From the NCBI GenBank assembly GCA_002269645.1, contig NIVC01001710.1:201632-247154 (forward strand): a stretch of DNA of 45,523 nucleotides, written 5' to 3'. Below, in pieces: positions 43,198 to 45,523 of this stretch (within the stretch, counting starts at the first letter, position 1; every line of letters begins with the position of its first letter). The notes below the pieces were generated by a model that ran no database searches, was not told the DNA's origin, and saw only the letters and a program-made list of their open reading frames with translations. This DNA comes from Macrostomum lignano. Its lineage: Eukaryota. The translations under genes and the position numbers were made by a program.

Positions 43198-44096
43198 TGT
43201 GACTTCCGCTGCCGATCAAGTTTACAAGCTTTTTTAATTGCGGCGCAGTAGCACCTGAAATTAATAAGTTAACAAACAGATAAATCTAAAATTCTATAAC
43301 AGATTCTTTTCTACAGATAATTCTAATAACTGGAAAGGTTCCAGTTAAAACAAATTCAAATTTGAAATTAATCAGAACCTATGGAAAGTCTCAGCTTAAA
43401 AAAGGCCAGCTTCAAGGCGACAACCGCATTTGAATCATATTCAACGATAGTTAGATCACGGGAGATTGATGCCCGCAGTTTTATAGTTGAACAGGACAAT
43501 GAACTGGTATGCCACAACAATGCTAACGGGATGCAGAAGTCACAGTCATCATATGTGAACTCTCGCTAATCTCTCACCATAAGATAGGACACACAAGATT
43601 TATATTCTAATTAACATTTTTACTTTCTTGTAACAAAATTCAACGCCAATTAATGTAATTTAGGCGTGTCGGCTTGCTGCAATTGGTGATTACAGGCACT
43701 GAAACAGTCACGGGGCAAGAGGCTCTGGCCTGTAATAAGGCCAGACTTATGCCCAGTAGCACATGGACGCGACGTGGTCCATTCTTCTAATTAACGGAGT
43801 CACGCAAAATAAGATAAGGGAGAAAGAGGAGGACGAGTTGTCAGGAATGCCTCGTGATGAGGCATAATAATGCGGCTAGTTTGTCATTTTCATTGCAGTG
43901 GGAAAATTCCTGCTCGCATCCCCATAATCAGCAGAATTTTCCGAGATTGGCGGGGCTTCAGAGACAAAAAACACAGCATTGATTGAATGAGCACAATGCA
44001 CACTGCACTGTGAATGCGATAGCTTGAAGATGTCTAACTCTGGTTATTGAATTTTGTGAGACAATGAAATTTCTGGTATTCTATAGAAGATTACTA

Positions 44097-45195
44097 TGCG
44101 GGCACAGTGTGTGGGCACAGTGAATAGGGTAATGCGCGGGTACAGTGTGTAGGGGAATGCGGGCACAGTGAATAGGGTAATGCGCGGGTACAGTGTGCAG
44201 GGGAATGCGGGTACAGTGTGTAGGGGAATGCGGGCACAGTATGCAGGGGAATGCGGGCACAGTGTGTAGGGAATTCGGACACAGTGTGTAGGAGAATGCG
44301 GGCACAGTGTGCAGGGGAATGCGGACACAGTGTGCAGGGGAATTCGGACACAGTGTGTAGGGGAATGCGGGCACAGTGTGTAGGGGAATGCGGGCACAGT
44401 GCGTAGGGGAATTCGGACACAGTGTGTAGGGGAATGCGGACACAGTGTGCAGGGGAATGCGGGTACAGTGCGTAGGGGAATTCGGACACAGTGTGTAGGG
44501 GAATGCGGACACAGTGTGCAGGGGAATGCGGGTACAGTGCGTAGGGGAATTCGGACACAGTGTGTAGGAGAATGCGGGCACAGTGTGCAGGGGAATGCGG
44601 GTACAGTGCGTAGGGGAATTCGGACACAGTGTGTAGGGGAATGCGGGTACAGTGTGCAGGGGAATGCGGGTACAGTGCGTAGGGGAATTCGGACACAGTG
44701 TGTAGGGGAATGCGGACACAGTGTGCAGGGGAATGCGGGTACAGTGCGTAGGGGAATTCGGACACAGTGTGTAGGGGAATGCGGACACAGTGTGCAGGGG
44801 AATGCAGGTACAGTGCGTAGGGGAATTCGGACACAGTGTGCAGGGGAATTCGGACACAGTGTGCAGGGGAATTCGGGCACAGTGTGCAGGGGAATTAGGG
44901 CACAGTGTGCAGCGGAATTCGGGCACAGTGTGTAGGGGAATTCGGACACAGTGTGCAGGGGAATTCGGGCACAGTGTGCAGGGGAATTCGGGTACAGTGT
45001 GCAGGGGAATTCGGACACAGTGTGCAGGGGAATTCGGACACAGTGTGCAGGGGAATTCGGACACAGTGTGCAGGGGAATTCGGACACAGTGTGCAGGGGA
45101 ATTCGGACAGTGTGCAGGGGAATTCGGACACAGTGTGCAGGGGAATGCGGGCACAGTGTGCAGGGGAATTCGGGCACAGTGTGTAGGGGAATGTT
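44097..45195. repeat. 23-bp minisatellite (gggcacagtgtgcaggggaattc) with a 69-bp trimeric higher-order block at ~44400-44820
   Basis: Direct periodicity; the trimer is seen as recurring variant triplets. Confidence 0.95.
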
Positions 45196-45523
45196 TAATC
45201 CATGACACCAAAAGGGGATCAATCCCGTTTTATATTATCACAATTTCGCCCACCCTCTATGACGCCGAAGAACTGATTTTGTCTAAAACACGTTTTCTTG
45301 ATCATTTTAATAGCAAGGGTCACAAATCATAAATATAAATACGTATTTAGCTTGCAGCCGAAGCTACTACCTTTTATTTCTGAAAAAAACAATGTAAAAA
45401 AGATGAAACACAGGATAATCTGTGGTGAAGTTAACTGTTACATCATTTGCGATCTGCTAGTATAGCGGCCATGCCATCTGCTTCAGTTGTCCATGGCTTC
45501 AATCACTCCCAGTATCAAAAAGT

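Noticed and set aside
43901-43942. Hairpin GGAAAATT-C-CTGCT ... AGCAG-AATTTTCC
   Set aside because: A 13-bp interrupted stem that does not extend. It is too short for a pre-miRNA and has no other support.
5078-45332. Long ORFs in the supplied track over tandem arrays (for example 1336, 1299, 1247, 733, 655, 631, 595 and 482 aa)
   Set aside because: They are open in several frames and on both strands only because the units lack stops. They lie in introns or intergenic DNA and have no splice or codon support.

Overview
This is eukaryotic (animal) genomic DNA, not prokaryotic: short GC-rich exons with GT-AG introns sit in AT-rich or repeat-filled spacers. The organism is inferred to be a free-living flatworm, probably Macrostomum, because a spliced-leader-like sequence ends in ATG|GT and minisatellites are extremely dense. 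Four protein-coding genes could be assembled by hand with consistent reading-frame phase: an orphan single-exon ORF (+, 1616-2539), a divergent AGC-like Ser/Thr kinase (-, 4 exons, 3994-~7397), a TMEM134-like two-TM protein (+, ~10066-15341) and a 17-exon band 4.1/FERM protein ending in a PDZ-binding motif (-, 21128-43197, 702 aa). Also present are tRNA-Thr(AGT), a candidate spliced-leader (SL) RNA gene inside FERM intron 1, two tRNA-derived SINE types, a Gypsy integrase fragment and about 23 mostly unrelated tandem arrays (17-41 bp units) that make up roughly half the window. Nearly all long ORFs in the supplied track are artefacts of these arrays. The most interesting signals are the intronic SL-RNA-like gene, exons that may borrow the SL AUG as start codon, and arrays whose units copy splice sites or can be traced to a single seed. 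All coordinates were read by eye; exon boundaries were phase-checked, and repeat edges and copy numbers are approximate.
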